In this document: piece after piece, positions 37,387 through 47,162 of the stretch
Layout of the letters: each line of letters starts with the position of its first letter
Numbering within the stretch: the stretch's first letter is position 1
Assembly (NCBI GenBank): GCA_034678405.1
Contig: JAXDBW010000042.1
Span: 136-64,135, forward strand
Source of the DNA: Patescibacteria group bacterium
Lineage (GTDB): Bacteria; Patescibacteriota; Patescibacteriia; UBA10025; JAHIVO01
Direction of reading: 5' to 3'
Length of the DNA stretch: 64,000 bases
The notes under the pieces: model-generated
Seen by the model: the letters and a program-made list of their open reading frames with translations, nothing else
Told to the model about the DNA's origin: nothing
The model's database searches: none
Position numbers and translations under genes: made by a program

Positions 37387-38025
37387 TTACCAGCGCGTAT
37401 GGTCGGCGATATACTGCACCACCCGCGTCATTTCCTCAGTATGACCGCTGCCCGGACTAGTAGCGTTGATCATAAATACAGCGCCTTTCGTATCTGGGGG
37501 AGCCGCATAGATACGAGCCCGATAGGCGTCCGCGTACTCGGACTCCACATAAAATGTCTCAAACGTACCCTCCACGCCATCGACCGTATAGGGCTCTGAC
37601 TGGAGGTCCGTTTTGGTGATATGCGCCGTACCTTGCTGATCTTCTCCCTGGAGCATGAGGTCGCCGGCTAGATATATCGTAACGGTGATACAGTCATCCC
37701 GTTTGAGCAGATCTAGGATCGAGGCCTCTGCGCAGGCTTCACTATTTGCGACCTGGAAACCGCGTGTCCCCGAAACTGAACTGTTGATATCCTGACGCAT
37801 CACGTAGTCCTCGGGATAGGCGGTCCGGTAACCCACATCTTCGAGCCGGACTTCGTGCTCGTCCCGCAGGCCGACCGTCACCAGCGCATCATCAATGACA
37901 GAAGTGCTGGTATAGAGATAATACCCTCCCCCGCCGACGATAAGCAGGATAATAATAATCCAGCGCACGACGTGGTGCGAGGACGTGACTCCCGGATACT
38001 GATCGATATCGACGGGCTCGGTCAT
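37387..38025 (-). CDS. Hypothetical membrane-anchored protein
   Basis: 212 aa with an N-terminal TM segment (WIIIILLIVGGGGYYLY). Confidence 0.45.
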   Translation of the reverse strand: MTEPVDIDQYPGVTSSHHVVRWIIIILLIVGGGGYYLYTSTSVIDDALVTVGLRDEHEVRLEDVGYRTAYPEDYVMRQDINSSVSGTRGFQVANSEACAEASILDLLKRDDCITVTIYLAGDLMLQGEDQQGTAHITKTDLQSEPYTVDGVEGTFETFYVESEYADAYRARIYAAPPDTKGAVFMINATSPGSGHTEEMTRVVQYIADHTRW

Positions 38026-38162
38026 ATTAGTTGCGTGTTATTTTTGGTATTAATAGTATCTATATACAGTATACCACACTGTCGCCCCGCAGCACCTCGG
38101 TAAAAAACCACCCGCCTCGCTGGAGGGAAAAGGCGGGTGTGGATTATGGCTGACGGGTGGCG

Positions 38163-38498
38163 CTACGGCCGCCGGTCAGACAAATCAGGTGACCAAATCG
38201 CCTTCGCGACGGTCACAGCGAACTTCAGCCGTTTGAAGGTCGGGAATGCCTTGATCCATTCCTCGTCCATCTGCTGCAGCTGCTCGTCTGCCTGTTCGAC
38301 CGCTTCGAGCACCTGGCTGATCACCTCGGGCGTCGGTTTCTCGCCGAGATTGACCGTCAGGTTGAAAAGCCTGACCGCGATATATGTCTGCTGCTCCTCG
38401 CTGAGCCCATACCGCTCGGCCCACCGCTCCTGCACCTGGGTGCGAACTGCCAGCATATGCTGGAATCCTGTACTAATATCAAACCGTACTTTCAGCAT
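38163..38498 (-). CDS. Hypothetical protein
   Basis: AAAGGAGAC RBS upstream of the ATG at 38498 (MLKVRFDISTG...). The ORF track start at 38594 lacks an RBS. Confidence 0.45.
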   Translation of the reverse strand: MLKVRFDISTGFQHMLAVRTQVQERWAERYGLSEEQQTYIAVRLFNLTVNLGEKPTPEVISQVLEAVEQADEQLQQMDEEWIKAFPTFKRLKFAVTVAKAIWSPDLSDRRP

Positions 38499-38747
38499 AA
38501 AAAGTCTCCTTTCAGACCTTTTCGGGGTTGAAGTGTTTTCAACGTTCTCTATTGTATTGTTTCCTCCAGCAGTAGAGTATAAAGTACAAATCATACTCCG
38601 TCAACCCCCAGCACCTCCTGACCACCCTCTTGTCATCCTGAAGGAATGTAATGACTGAAGGATATAACTATATCCTTCAAAAGTATCAGTAAAATATGCT
38701 AGACTTATGAGAGGAGGGCTTGGTATTGAGATTAATGAATATAATCC

Positions 38748-40001
38748 ATGTCTATCGAATCCAGTCCTGATGCTGGTGAAATTATAGCAAACGAAACGGT
38801 AGCAGAATTTGAACCAGCGCCTGCGCCTGAACAAGTCGAAAACCAGCAGGAGTTTGTCGACATTACTGATATCCCAGAAAATAACAACGACCTGCTGCAG
38901 GCTATCGAGGCGGAAAATCAAAATGAAGCGCTCGATTATTTCGAAACGCGGCGGAAACTAGAGAGTTTGGATGAAACACAAGTCGAGCGGATGTGGGCTG
39001 AGGTCGGAGATAGGCTGAAAGAAAACGGCATTTTCACCAATCATGCCGAGGAAGGCATCGATGTGTTTAGCAGAAAAAGTGAATGGACTTCCCCCTATCC
39101 GGTCAATCGCCTCAGTCAGGAAGAAATCCATGCAAATTTCAAAAAGAAATATGCTAATATCTCCGGATTTTATGAAGGTGGTGTTGTATTTATAAATGAA
39201 GCTGCTAATGCAAAACGGCAAACGCCCGCCCGAGAGAACTTAGCTTCGCTGGCTGCGGGGTATGGGCTGGGCGAAGAAACAGATACATTCATTCATGAAA
39301 TATACCATGGCTTCCAAGATTTAGATCCGGAGGAAGTCAAAAAATATCAAGAAGAAGTACGCCGTATCACCGATCAAATAAAAGCTATTGAAATAGAAGC
39401 ACAGATAAAAGGTCAGTACGGATACGAAGCCATCCCCTTGCGCGGCCAGCTGATCAGAATGAGAGAGGCGCTGATGGGAACGCGAAAAGACCGTTCATCT
39501 CATACCGACGATCAATTAGCTGATGATGCGATTGCACAAGAAATGCACGCACACATGTTCTCTGACCCCACGCGGTATAGGGGCAAGATAGAATCCTATA
39601 CCGAGGAGGGAGTGGTCAATGCCTATATGGAGATGCCGATACGCAGGGTATATGAAAAAATGATTGGGACCAGGAGAGATACTGAGGATACAGAAAGAAC
39701 CTATAGATATGACTATATGAAAGGTAAAGAAGATCAAGCGTTCATGGCGTTTCAGCAGATCGAAGGATTGCGGGCGCTTGGCATGAATAATTTAGAAATT
39801 GGGCGGATCATAGCTGAAGATGAATATGACAGTGAACAGGGGTACTACAAAAAATTACAAGAAGCAATATTTCAGCAACGAGAGAAACTCGGCATCGACC
39901 GAGACCAGCATCTGAAGATTGTAAAACGTTTTCGGCTGGATACCATTCATAAGGCACTCCAGGCCAGAAATATTGTGGGAAACGCGGTACGTACTATCTG
40001 A
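38748..40001 (+). CDS. Hypothetical acidic protein with an HExxH motif (low-GC island)
   Basis: 417 aa with FIHEIYHGFQDLDPEE. Local GC is about 35-40% against a background near 52%. Confidence 0.5.
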   Translation: MSIESSPDAGEIIANETVAEFEPAPAPEQVENQQEFVDITDIPENNNDLLQAIEAENQNEALDYFETRRKLESLDETQVERMWAEVGDRLKENGIFTNHAEEGIDVFSRKSEWTSPYPVNRLSQEEIHANFKKKYANISGFYEGGVVFINEAANAKRQTPARENLASLAAGYGLGEETDTFIHEIYHGFQDLDPEEVKKYQEEVRRITDQIKAIEIEAQIKGQYGYEAIPLRGQLIRMREALMGTRKDRSSHTDDQLADDAIAQEMHAHMFSDPTRYRGKIESYTEEGVVNAYMEMPIRRVYEKMIGTRRDTEDTERTYRYDYMKGKEDQAFMAFQQIEGLRALGMNNLEIGRIIAEDEYDSEQGYYKKLQEAIFQQREKLGIDRDQHLKIVKRFRLDTIHKALQARNIVGNAVRTI

Positions 40002-40017
40002 TACCTCCTATCATACT

Positions 40018-40371
40018 ATGCCACACATCATCCAATATAGATGCGAAAATTACGAAAAGTGTCACTTTGGAATAATTGACACTGGCCCAACCATGAACGT
40101 TAGATTGGAAGATGGCACTATAGAAAAACTGCCACATCCATCTGAGGAAGCGAGAGCTCTGGCAGTAACTGGCAAGAGCCTAGGTGAATTAGCAGAAGAA
40201 AAAAGAATTTTTTACCAAGAGAGCAAATTTTGCACCAGATGTCTGAAGGTGGCGGAGGAATGCGTGTGTCAGGATACAGCTGCGCATATACCGATGTCAG
40301 AGCTAGAGGGCAAAAAATGTTTCGTGTGTAAAACGGGAATTATAAAAAAGAGCGCGGTCGGCATGTCGTGA
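40018..40371 (+). CDS. Cys-rich small protein (multiple CxxC pairs)
   Basis: CENYEKCH ... CTRCLKVAEECVC ... CFVCK. Start is uncertain (ORF track gives 39973), and there is no clear RBS. Confidence 0.35.
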   Translation: MPHIIQYRCENYEKCHFGIIDTGPTMNVRLEDGTIEKLPHPSEEARALAVTGKSLGELAEEKRIFYQESKFCTRCLKVAEECVCQDTAAHIPMSELEGKKCFVCKTGIIKKSAVGMS

Positions 40372-40405
40372 GCGCACCACCCTCTAGCCGTCCTGAATAA
40401 AAACA

Positions 40406-40526
40406 TTGTCATCCTGAACCCGAAGGTCCTGATGGAAATCAGGATCTCAAAAAAATCCACAGTGGATTGTTTGAGATTCCGGGTCCCCGTAGAGTGACGG
40501 GGCAGGCAAGCCCGGAATGACAATCG
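40406..40526. repeat. Two adjacent copies, in opposite orientation, of the TTGTCATyCyGA...GGATCTC hairpin repeat family
   Basis: TTGTCATCCTGAACCCGAAGGTCCTGATGGAAATCAGGATCTC (40406-40448). The reverse complement of 40473-40526 is TTGTCATTCCGGGC...CCCGGAATCTC. Confidence 0.7.
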
Positions 40527-40530
40527 TTTT

Positions 40531-40989
40531 TTAGGATACCTTCAAAACCTCCGCCAGTATCGGATGCGAGAAATACGCCAGCACGTCGAAATCAGGGTCG
40601 GATAGCTCCATCATCTCCATCCCCGGCCGCTCAATGATCTGATACCCTGGCTTGCCGAGATACTTACGCTTAAACGCTGGATAATCACTCAACGTAAAAT
40701 CCGCATCGCCCCTCTCTGGCCGGTCCGCGGCTGGTTTGCGTACTTTCACTATCTTCAATGGATCGGCTACCGTTTCAATCGGCTCGGCTAGCAAATACAC
40801 ATTCCCCATCTTCGTCTCCTGCACGACTCTGCCCATTTCCCCGACGGCCGTATCCATCTGCTGATACTCCGCCTCTGACTGCGCGAAAATGCACGCGTAA
40901 TTCACCGGCACGCCTTTTGCATCGGTGTGCTTGTCTTTTAATCGCTCGGCGTCCCGGACGATGGATTGAATTATGCTGATTACATTCAT
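40531..40989 (-). CDS. Hypothetical protein
   Basis: 152 aa ORF with normal host GC. Confidence 0.45.
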   Translation of the reverse strand: MNVISIIQSIVRDAERLKDKHTDAKGVPVNYACIFAQSEAEYQQMDTAVGEMGRVVQETKMGNVYLLAEPIETVADPLKIVKVRKPAADRPERGDADFTLSDYPAFKRKYLGKPGYQIIERPGMEMMELSDPDFDVLAYFSHPILAEVLKVS

Positions 40990-41408
40990 GACATTTTCTT
41001 AATCTTCTTCGTTACCGCGTCCTGAAATATGCGAAATGCTTTGCGTTTCTCCTTCGGATAGATATAGGGAATACCCAGCACGAAACCACACGATCTACAC
41101 TTCAGCGGGCCAATACTTGCCAAGTCCTTCTTCTGTAAATCAACCAACCGCTCTGGACTCATGATCCGGTCCATATACAACCGTCGTAGGTTCCCCGGGC
41201 CATCTTTTTGATAAACTAGTACCGCTGCCCCACACTGCTGACACGAAATATCCAGCAGCCGTGAATATCCTCCCCGAGCGCTTTTGTATTTGTCTCGCTT
41301 GAGTGTGAGTTGTTTCTTTTTCATGCGATTAGTATACCAAAAATCTCCGCTCCCCGCCTGTTGGGGGTGGTTTTGGGGCATTTTACTACCGCGTGGATTC
41401 CTCCACAC
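40986..41408 (-). CDS. Zinc-ribbon protein
   Basis: CQQCG...CRSCG. The start may be the internal MKKKQLTLKR at 41324. Confidence 0.4.
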   Translation of the reverse strand: MWRNPRGSKMPQNHPQQAGSGDFWYTNRMKKKQLTLKRDKYKSARGGYSRLLDISCQQCGAAVLVYQKDGPGNLRRLYMDRIMSPERLVDLQKKDLASIGPLKCRSCGFVLGIPYIYPKEKRKAFRIFQDAVTKKIKKMS

Positions 41409-42300
41409 CCCTAATAAGAGTCTCGAGGTGTGATTTCAAATTATCCTGGCTTAAAATAACTATCTCAAGGGTTTTTTCGCGTTTAGTGCGTCTTGGAGGG
41501 AGTCGATTGGAGTATTTTCTCCAAAATTTCTCTCGCAGCGGATACTCATAAATTACAGAACCCACATCTTTACATGACCACGCCTCTTGATTAATCACCT
41601 GACCATCAGCAAGCAACTCATCGTTTATTGAACAGAATTGCATCTGATTATTTGTAATAAGTAGTGGATGAAAAAGTAATTTATTGACGGAGCCAGATCT
41701 TACTTTTTCGTTTTCCTCAATGATCCATTTTGTATATTGATCGACAAAGAAGCGTTGTGCTAAAGATACCTGATGACATGCCTTGAATATTGGTTCATTT
41801 GAAGTTAAAAAATATTGATCCTTGTCGTCTTTCTTCAGCACATAGCCCTGTTCCGCATAACTATATGCATTCGTTAAAAGAAATACGTTGCTGGACAATT
41901 CATAGCTTTTTGAAGGAGGGGCGAGATCCCCACCACGATTTCCAGGATCATCAATTACCTTTATACATTCCATACTATAGGGAACCTCCTCCTCACCAAA
42001 AAAGACCCAAGAGGCGGTGTTCTTTTTTCTGTACTCCTCAATATTACTAGGATTATGATACTTACACTCAATAATTAAAAAAACTATGTAATCGTTAATT
42101 ACCTTACTGGCAATTATATCAACGGCCGAATCATCAGTATCTTTATATCTAAAATCACTTGCACCAGATACTGGAAATTCAATATCAGAAATTTCAAAGC
42201 CGTACTTTGACAGTAAAATCTGAGACTTCTTCTGAAATGAAATCCCAGAATTGCTAATCGCCTCTATTTGTCCCTGTTCCATTTCTCCAACATAATTCAC
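41386..42300 (-). CDS. PD-(D/E)xK nuclease-like protein (restriction-endonuclease-like fold), low GC
   Basis: 304 aa at about 33% GC. DIIASKVINDYIVFLIIECKY fits a D...(E/D)xK core. There is no adjacent methyltransferase. Confidence 0.4.
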   Translation of the reverse strand: MNYVGEMEQGQIEAISNSGISFQKKSQILLSKYGFEISDIEFPVSGASDFRYKDTDDSAVDIIASKVINDYIVFLIIECKYHNPSNIEEYRKKNTASWVFFGEEEVPYSMECIKVIDDPGNRGGDLAPPSKSYELSSNVFLLTNAYSYAEQGYVLKKDDKDQYFLTSNEPIFKACHQVSLAQRFFVDQYTKWIIEENEKVRSGSVNKLLFHPLLITNNQMQFCSINDELLADGQVINQEAWSCKDVGSVIYEYPLREKFWRKYSNRLPPRRTKREKTLEIVILSQDNLKSHLETLIRGVEESTR

Positions 42301-42351
42301 TTATGTACACAGTATACACCAAAAGAGCCCCTTGCGGGGCTCTTGGAGATA

Positions 42352-44283
42352 TTACTTCTTGTCTTCCTTTTTGACGTCCTCGTACTCTGCTTCGACGGGA
42401 CCGTCTTTCTTATCGTCCTTCTGCTCGGCTCCGGGCTGTGCGCCGGGTTGGCCCTGGGGACCACCCTGTCCGGGCTGACCCTTTTGGTCGCCGTACATGG
42501 CCTGGCCGATCTTCTGGACGGTTTGATTCAGATCTTCGACTGCTTTCTTGATGGCGTCGACATCATCCTTATCCTTCACCTCGTTGACTGCCTTCACCTT
42601 CTCTTCGATTTCTTTCTTCACGTCATCCTTGACCTTGTCCCCGGCATCTTTGAGTGCCTTCTCGGCGGTGTAGGTCAGGGTCTCGGCCTGGTTACGGATT
42701 TCGATCAGTTCTTTCTTCTTCGTATCTTCTGCTTCGTGTGCCTGCGCGTCCTGTTTCATCTTCTCTACTTCTTCCTTGGATAATCCAGAAGAGGCAGTGA
42801 TAGTGATGGATTGCTCCTTGCCAGAGGCTTTGTCTTTGGCTTTCACATTCAGGATACCATTGGCATCAATGTCGAATGACACCTCTACCTGCGGGACGCC
42901 GCGTGGTGACGGCGGGATACCGGAGAGGATGAAGCGACCGAGGGTCTTATTATCCGTGGCCATGGGGCGTTCGCCCTGCAGCACGTGAACCTCGACTGAC
43001 GTCTGGTTATCAGCGGCAGTAGAGAAGACCTGCGATTTGCTGGTCGGGATAGTGGTGTTACGTTCGATTAACGGCGTGGAGACACCACCGAGGGTTTCGA
43101 TACCGAGAGTTAATGGAGTGACGTCGAGTAAGAGTACGTCCTTCACATCACCCTGCAGCACGCCAGCCTGGACCGCGGCGCCCATGGCGACCACTTCGTC
43201 CGGGTTTACACCCACGTGGGGTTTCTTGCCAAAATATTTCTCGACGACTTCGAGCACCTTCGGCATGCGGGTCATACCACCCACCATGATCACCTCTTCG
43301 ATGTCCTTGGCTTCCATTTTCGCATCCTCGAGGGCTTTCTTCAGGGGTTCGATGGTTTTCTCGATGAGGTCCTCGACGAGTGATTCCAGTTTCGCCCGAG
43401 TGAGTTTCAGGTTCATGTGTTTCGGACCAGATGAGTCAGTGGTGATAAACGGCAGGTTGACCTCTGTCTCAGTCGTGGTAGAGAGTTCGATCTTGGCTTT
43501 CTCCGCGGCTTCTTTCAGACGCTGGAGGGCCATCTGATCCTTGGACAGGTCGATACCCTGGTCCTTGGTAAATTCCTCTACCAGCCAGTCGATAATGCGT
43601 TTGTCAAAATCATCACCACCGAGGTGAGTATCACCGTTGGTGGATTTCACTTCCACGGTGTCCTCAGAGATGTCCAGGATAGAGATATCAAACGTACCGC
43701 CACCCAAGTCATAGACCGCGACTTGCTGGTTTTTCTTCTTATCAAATCCATAGGCCAGCGCAGCTGCCGTGGGTTCGTTGATGATACGCTTGACCTTCAG
43801 CCCTGCGATTTCACCAGCGTCCTTCGTGGCCTGCCGCTGTGAGTCATCGAAATACGCCGGCACGGTAATGACAGCTTCTTCGATCTTCTCACCGATTTTG
43901 GCTTCGGCGTCGGATTTCAGCTTCTGGAGGATCATGGCGGAGACTTCCTGCGGGGTGTAGAGATTGTCACCCATCTTTACCTTCACGCCCTGACCAGCCT
44001 GCTCGATCTTGTACGGCATGGTTTTCACATCATGCTGCACTTCGTCGTCATCCCAGTGGCGGCCGATGAGGCGTTTCACTGAGAAGACGGTGTTTTCCGG
44101 ATTGGTGACCGCTTGGCGTTTGGCGACTTGGCCGACGAGGCGTTCGCCAGTCTTACTGATCGCCACCATTGACGGAGTCGTCCGGTTGCCTTCTTTGTTT
44201 TCGATCACTTTCGGTTCGCCACCTTCCACGATTGCCATGGCTGAGTTGGTCGTACCGAGATCGATTCCGAGAATCTTTGACAT
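42352..44283 (-). CDS. dnaK: Molecular chaperone DnaK (Hsp70)
   Basis: [18 protein letters not shown], and a C-terminal lid with the acidic tail [10 protein letters not shown]. Confidence 0.98.
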   Translation of the reverse strand: MSKILGIDLGTTNSAMAIVEGGEPKVIENKEGNRTTPSMVAISKTGERLVGQVAKRQAVTNPENTVFSVKRLIGRHWDDDEVQHDVKTMPYKIEQAGQGVKVKMGDNLYTPQEVSAMILQKLKSDAEAKIGEKIEEAVITVPAYFDDSQRQATKDAGEIAGLKVKRIINEPTAAALAYGFDKKKNQQVAVYDLGGGTFDISILDISEDTVEVKSTNGDTHLGGDDFDKRIIDWLVEEFTKDQGIDLSKDQMALQRLKEAAEKAKIELSTTTETEVNLPFITTDSSGPKHMNLKLTRAKLESLVEDLIEKTIEPLKKALEDAKMEAKDIEEVIMVGGMTRMPKVLEVVEKYFGKKPHVGVNPDEVVAMGAAVQAGVLQGDVKDVLLLDVTPLTLGIETLGGVSTPLIERNTTIPTSKSQVFSTAADNQTSVEVHVLQGERPMATDNKTLGRFILSGIPPSPRGVPQVEVSFDIDANGILNVKAKDKASGKEQSITITASSGLSKEEVEKMKQDAQAHEAEDTKKKELIEIRNQAETLTYTAEKALKDAGDKVKDDVKKEIEEKVKAVNEVKDKDDVDAIKKAVEDLNQTVQKIGQAMYGDQKGQPGQGGPQGQPGAQPGAEQKDDKKDGPVEAEYEDVKKEDKK

Positions 44284-44348
44284 AGTGTTATTCGTTAATC
44301 CTTTCTAAATTGGTTAGGTTAATATTTCCGTGTCACTCTGAACCCGTT

Positions 44349-44432
44349 CGCTTTCACTCAGGGCATGCTCAGTGAAGAGTCTCCTAGCCATTACATGGCT
44401 AGGGGTTCCTTCGCTTCGCTCAGGATGACAAT
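44349..44432. repeat. Hairpin repeat family copies upstream of dnaK
   Basis: 44408-44432 reverse complement is TTGTCATCCTGAGCGAAGCGAAGG. 44349-44379 is a related GCATGC-centred palindrome. Confidence 0.6.
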
Positions 44433-44441
44433 GTGCATTGG

Positions 44442-44801
44442 TTAATTAAGAAAATTATCTGTTTTCTCCAGGGCTTCATGGATAGCCAGGACGTCTTCGC
44501 CCCGTACCCGTTCACCATCCTGGAATCTAAGTACTTCATGCCGCTCGAGGTCAGTCAGGGTACTGGCTACTTTCAGACCCTGCTGCGACATAGAGATGAG
44601 GGACATGGCCGCACTCTGGCAGGTGGTGCATTTGATATACATCAGGGTCGCACCGTCTTCCTCCTGGATGACGTCGATTTTATTGAAGTCGTACATGCTG
44701 CGGCAGACCGGGCAGCGGGCGTCTATTTTGATCCGCTCCGGGCGGCCACCCTGCTGGTCATTGCCGAAATTGCTGTTGAAATTGTTATTGATTGCGCTCA
44801 T
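44442..44801 (-). CDS. Zinc-ribbon protein inside the heat-shock cluster
   Basis: 119 aa with CPVCRS ... CTTCQS. It is co-directional between hsp20 and dnaK. Confidence 0.45.
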   Translation of the reverse strand: MSAINNNFNSNFGNDQQGGRPERIKIDARCPVCRSMYDFNKIDVIQEEDGATLMYIKCTTCQSAAMSLISMSQQGLKVASTLTDLERHEVLRFQDGERVRGEDVLAIHEALEKTDNFLN

Positions 44802-44835
44802 GTATTGTATTGGGTAATGGGTTATCCCTCACCGA

Positions 44836-44949
44836 TTGTCATCCCGAGCAACGCCGAGGGATCTCTGTGAATGGCTGCCGCGTCGGGTAACCGAGATGCT
44901 TCGGCTTCGTCGCGTATATCTACGCGACTTCGCTCAGCATGACAAGCGT
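44836..44949. repeat. Hairpin repeat family copies
   Basis: TTGTCATCCCGAGCAACGCCGAGGGATCTC (44836-44865). The reverse complement of 44926-44949 is CGCTTGTCATGCTGAGCGAAGTCG. Confidence 0.65.
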
Positions 44950-45057
44950 GAGTGCCCCAGAGCCAGAAGATGAGCGAAAGGGGGTGTCCACTCTGGATCT
45001 TCTGGCTCCGGGGGATGACTGAATTATTCAGTCACCGGGTTCCGGATGCCAACGTGG

Positions 45058-45483
45058 TTACTTTTTCACGTTGACCTTGATCGATTTGGGTTTGACTTCT
45101 TCGGCTTTCGGGATGGTGATCTTCAGCATCCCTTTGTCGAAATCAGCCTGGGCGTCGGCGCCCTTCACCTGCGTCGGGAGAGCGACCGCGCGGTAGAATG
45201 AGCCGCTGCGGACCTCTTTGCGGTAGAAATTCTGATCATCGACTTCCCGCTTGTGTTCCATCGTGCCCTCGATCTTCAGGACGTCGTTTTCGATGGTGAT
45301 GTTCACCTTGTCCGGGTCGACGCCGGCCAGCGGGGTTTCTACGATGACATTGTCTTTGTCCTGGTAGATGTCCACCGCGGGGGTGAATGAGTGAGTCTCC
45401 GCCATGCTCATGGGCATGTCCTCGAAAAATTTATCGAAATCGGACATGTCCCAGAATGGACGGTAGCGCATAAGTTGTCGCAT
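45058..45483 (-). CDS. Hsp20/alpha-crystallin small heat-shock protein
   Basis: 141 aa. Alpha-crystallin domain with AVDIYQDKDNVIVETPLAGV...GMLKITIPK. Confidence 0.85.
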   Translation of the reverse strand: MRQLMRYRPFWDMSDFDKFFEDMPMSMAETHSFTPAVDIYQDKDNVIVETPLAGVDPDKVNITIENDVLKIEGTMEHKREVDDQNFYRKEVRSGSFYRAVALPTQVKGADAQADFDKGMLKITIPKAEEVKPKSIKVNVKK

Positions 45484-45537
45484 AGATTTTTGTCCTTTCT
45501 GCCCGATAGGGCGTTAGTTAATTATTTTTTTAATTCC

Positions 45538-45695
45538 TCATCCCGAACTTGTCTCGGGATCTAATTGGTCATTGTATGATTCAACCGTTTTGTCATTCTG
45601 AAGGAGCGACGAGCGACTGAAGAATCTCTATGACTTTTTACTTAGCTCATGAAGATTCTTCGACTCCACTTCGTTTCGCTCAGAATGACAAAGGG
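45538..45695. repeat. Three copies of the hairpin repeat family between grpE and hsp20
   Basis: CTCATCCCGAACTTGTCTCGGGATCT (45538-45563), TTGTCATTCTGAAGGAGCGACGAGCGACTGAAGAATCTC (45590-45628), and the reverse complement of 45670-45695, CCTTTGTCATTCTGAGCGAAACGAAG. Confidence 0.7.
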
Positions 45696-45708
45696 TGGTT
45701 AGTATTTC

Positions 45709-46194
45709 TTACGCTGCCACTTTCACCTTCGCCGGGTCGAGTACCTTGCCATGCATCAGATAGCCGGGCTTCACTTCCTCGATAATCATATCTGCGGCGA
45801 CACCATCTTTCTTTTCTTTACCGACGGCTTCATGTTTCTCTGGGTCGAACTTCTCGCCTTCAGTTTTAATCTCTTCGATGCCGAGCTGCCCCAGAAAATC
45901 AGTCATTTGTTTCTTGATCTGCTCGAGACCCGTCATCCAGTCGCTCTTCTTCTGGTCGTCGGGGATGTGTTTCCAGGCAAGTTTGAAATTGTCATAGATC
46001 GGCAGGAGCTGGAGAATCAGTGAGGCATTAGCGAACTGCACCATTTCCATCTGTTTCTTCTCTGATTCTTTCTTCAGATTGATATAGTCTGCTTTCGCCC
46101 GCTTCCAGCCGTTCATGTATTCGTCCATTTTTGTGTGTGCTACCTCGAGTTCTTTTTGTAATTTCTCTGTCTCGCCTGTATGTTTGTTGTCCAT
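45709..46194 (-). CDS. grpE: Nucleotide exchange factor GrpE
   Basis: 161 aa with a coiled-coil N-terminus (YMNGWKRAKADYINLKKESEKK) and the GrpE C-terminal beta domain (PEKHEAV...PGY..HGKVL). Confidence 0.9.
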   Translation of the reverse strand: MDNKHTGETEKLQKELEVAHTKMDEYMNGWKRAKADYINLKKESEKKQMEMVQFANASLILQLLPIYDNFKLAWKHIPDDQKKSDWMTGLEQIKKQMTDFLGQLGIEEIKTEGEKFDPEKHEAVGKEKKDGVAADMIIEEVKPGYLMHGKVLDPAKVKVAA

Positions 46195-46348
46195 GATGAA
46201 GTGTGTCTAAAGTTTAAGGTTGAAAGAGGTATGTATGGAAATATGTTTAAAGTCTTTAGTTACCGACCTATGACCTTCAACCTACATCTATACTTTCCTC
46301 TTTAAACATCCAACATACAACCTACTATCAAGAGCCCTCTATCCTCTA

Positions 46349-47056
46349 TTACGCGTCGCTAAATAATTTCTTGGTAAAGTGGACTAAGGCATAGGTATCT
46401 TCGTAGTTCATCCGCATGGGCCCCAGCACACCGATCAAGCCTGGCTGCTCGCTACCAAACTGGTACGCACTGAAGATCGTGCTGCATTCACTGCCGAAAG
46501 GATTCTCTGAGCCGACCAGTACGCGCGGGTTGTCCGTCACTTTATTGAAGAGCTGCACGATGACGTCGTCGAGATGATCGACGATTTCCGTCATATTGCG
46601 GATCAGGTCAATGTCTTTGAATTCTGGTTTGTTAAATAAATTGGACAGGCCCGTGTAGTATACGTTGTCGGGATTGAAGCCGACAAAAACGGCATTCTGC
46701 GAGAGTTGCGCCAGTGTGCGAGCCACCTCTTTCACGGCGACTTCCTTGTCCGCCTCTTTGCGTTTGTGCAGCGCCTTCTGCAGGAGCGTCATATCGCCTT
46801 TGGTAGGCTCTTTTTCCACCAGGAAGTTCTCGATATAGTACTGCCAGCCTTTCTCAGTGGGGACGCGTCCGGCGGAGGTATGCGGCTGATAAATCAGGCC
46901 TTCTTCTTCGAGATCGGCCATTTCATTGCGAATGGTAGCGGATGACAGCTGCAGGTCGTATTTATCCACAAGCGCCTTCGAAGGCACGGTTTTTCCCATG
47001 CTTCCGACGTGTTCGTTGATAATTGCGCTAAGAATAGCCTTTTTTCGTTCTTTCAT
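46349..47056 (-). CDS. hrcA: Heat-inducible transcription repressor HrcA (short form)
   Basis: wHTH LSSATIRNEMADLEEEGLIYQPHTSAGRVPT, C-terminal GPMRMNYEDTYALV, and a perfect CIRCE upstream. Confidence 0.9.
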   Translation of the reverse strand: MKERKKAILSAIINEHVGSMGKTVPSKALVDKYDLQLSSATIRNEMADLEEEGLIYQPHTSAGRVPTEKGWQYYIENFLVEKEPTKGDMTLLQKALHKRKEADKEVAVKEVARTLAQLSQNAVFVGFNPDNVYYTGLSNLFNKPEFKDIDLIRNMTEIVDHLDDVIVQLFNKVTDNPRVLVGSENPFGSECSTIFSAYQFGSEQPGLIGVLGPMRMNYEDTYALVHFTKKLFSDA

Positions 47057-47082
47057 ATGCTACGCAAAGGTATTATAAATCA

Positions 47083-47109
47083 TTAGCACTCTCAGGTCAA
47101 GAGTGCTAA
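47083..47109. promoter_or_regulatory. CIRCE operator (HrcA binding site)
   Basis: TTAGCACTC-N9-GAGTGCTAA, a perfect match to the CIRCE consensus, 27 nt upstream of the hrcA start. Confidence 0.9.
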
Positions 47110-47162
47110 TATCATGCTTTTTACTAAATGTCCCCTTTAGCTACCCAGTATTACTTCCGCTA

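Noticed and set aside
42268-43537. Plus-strand ORFs antisense to dnaK (42268-42783, 43037-43537)
   Set aside because: They are antisense to one of the most conserved genes in the window. The Leu-rich frame is the classic antisense artefact of dnaK.
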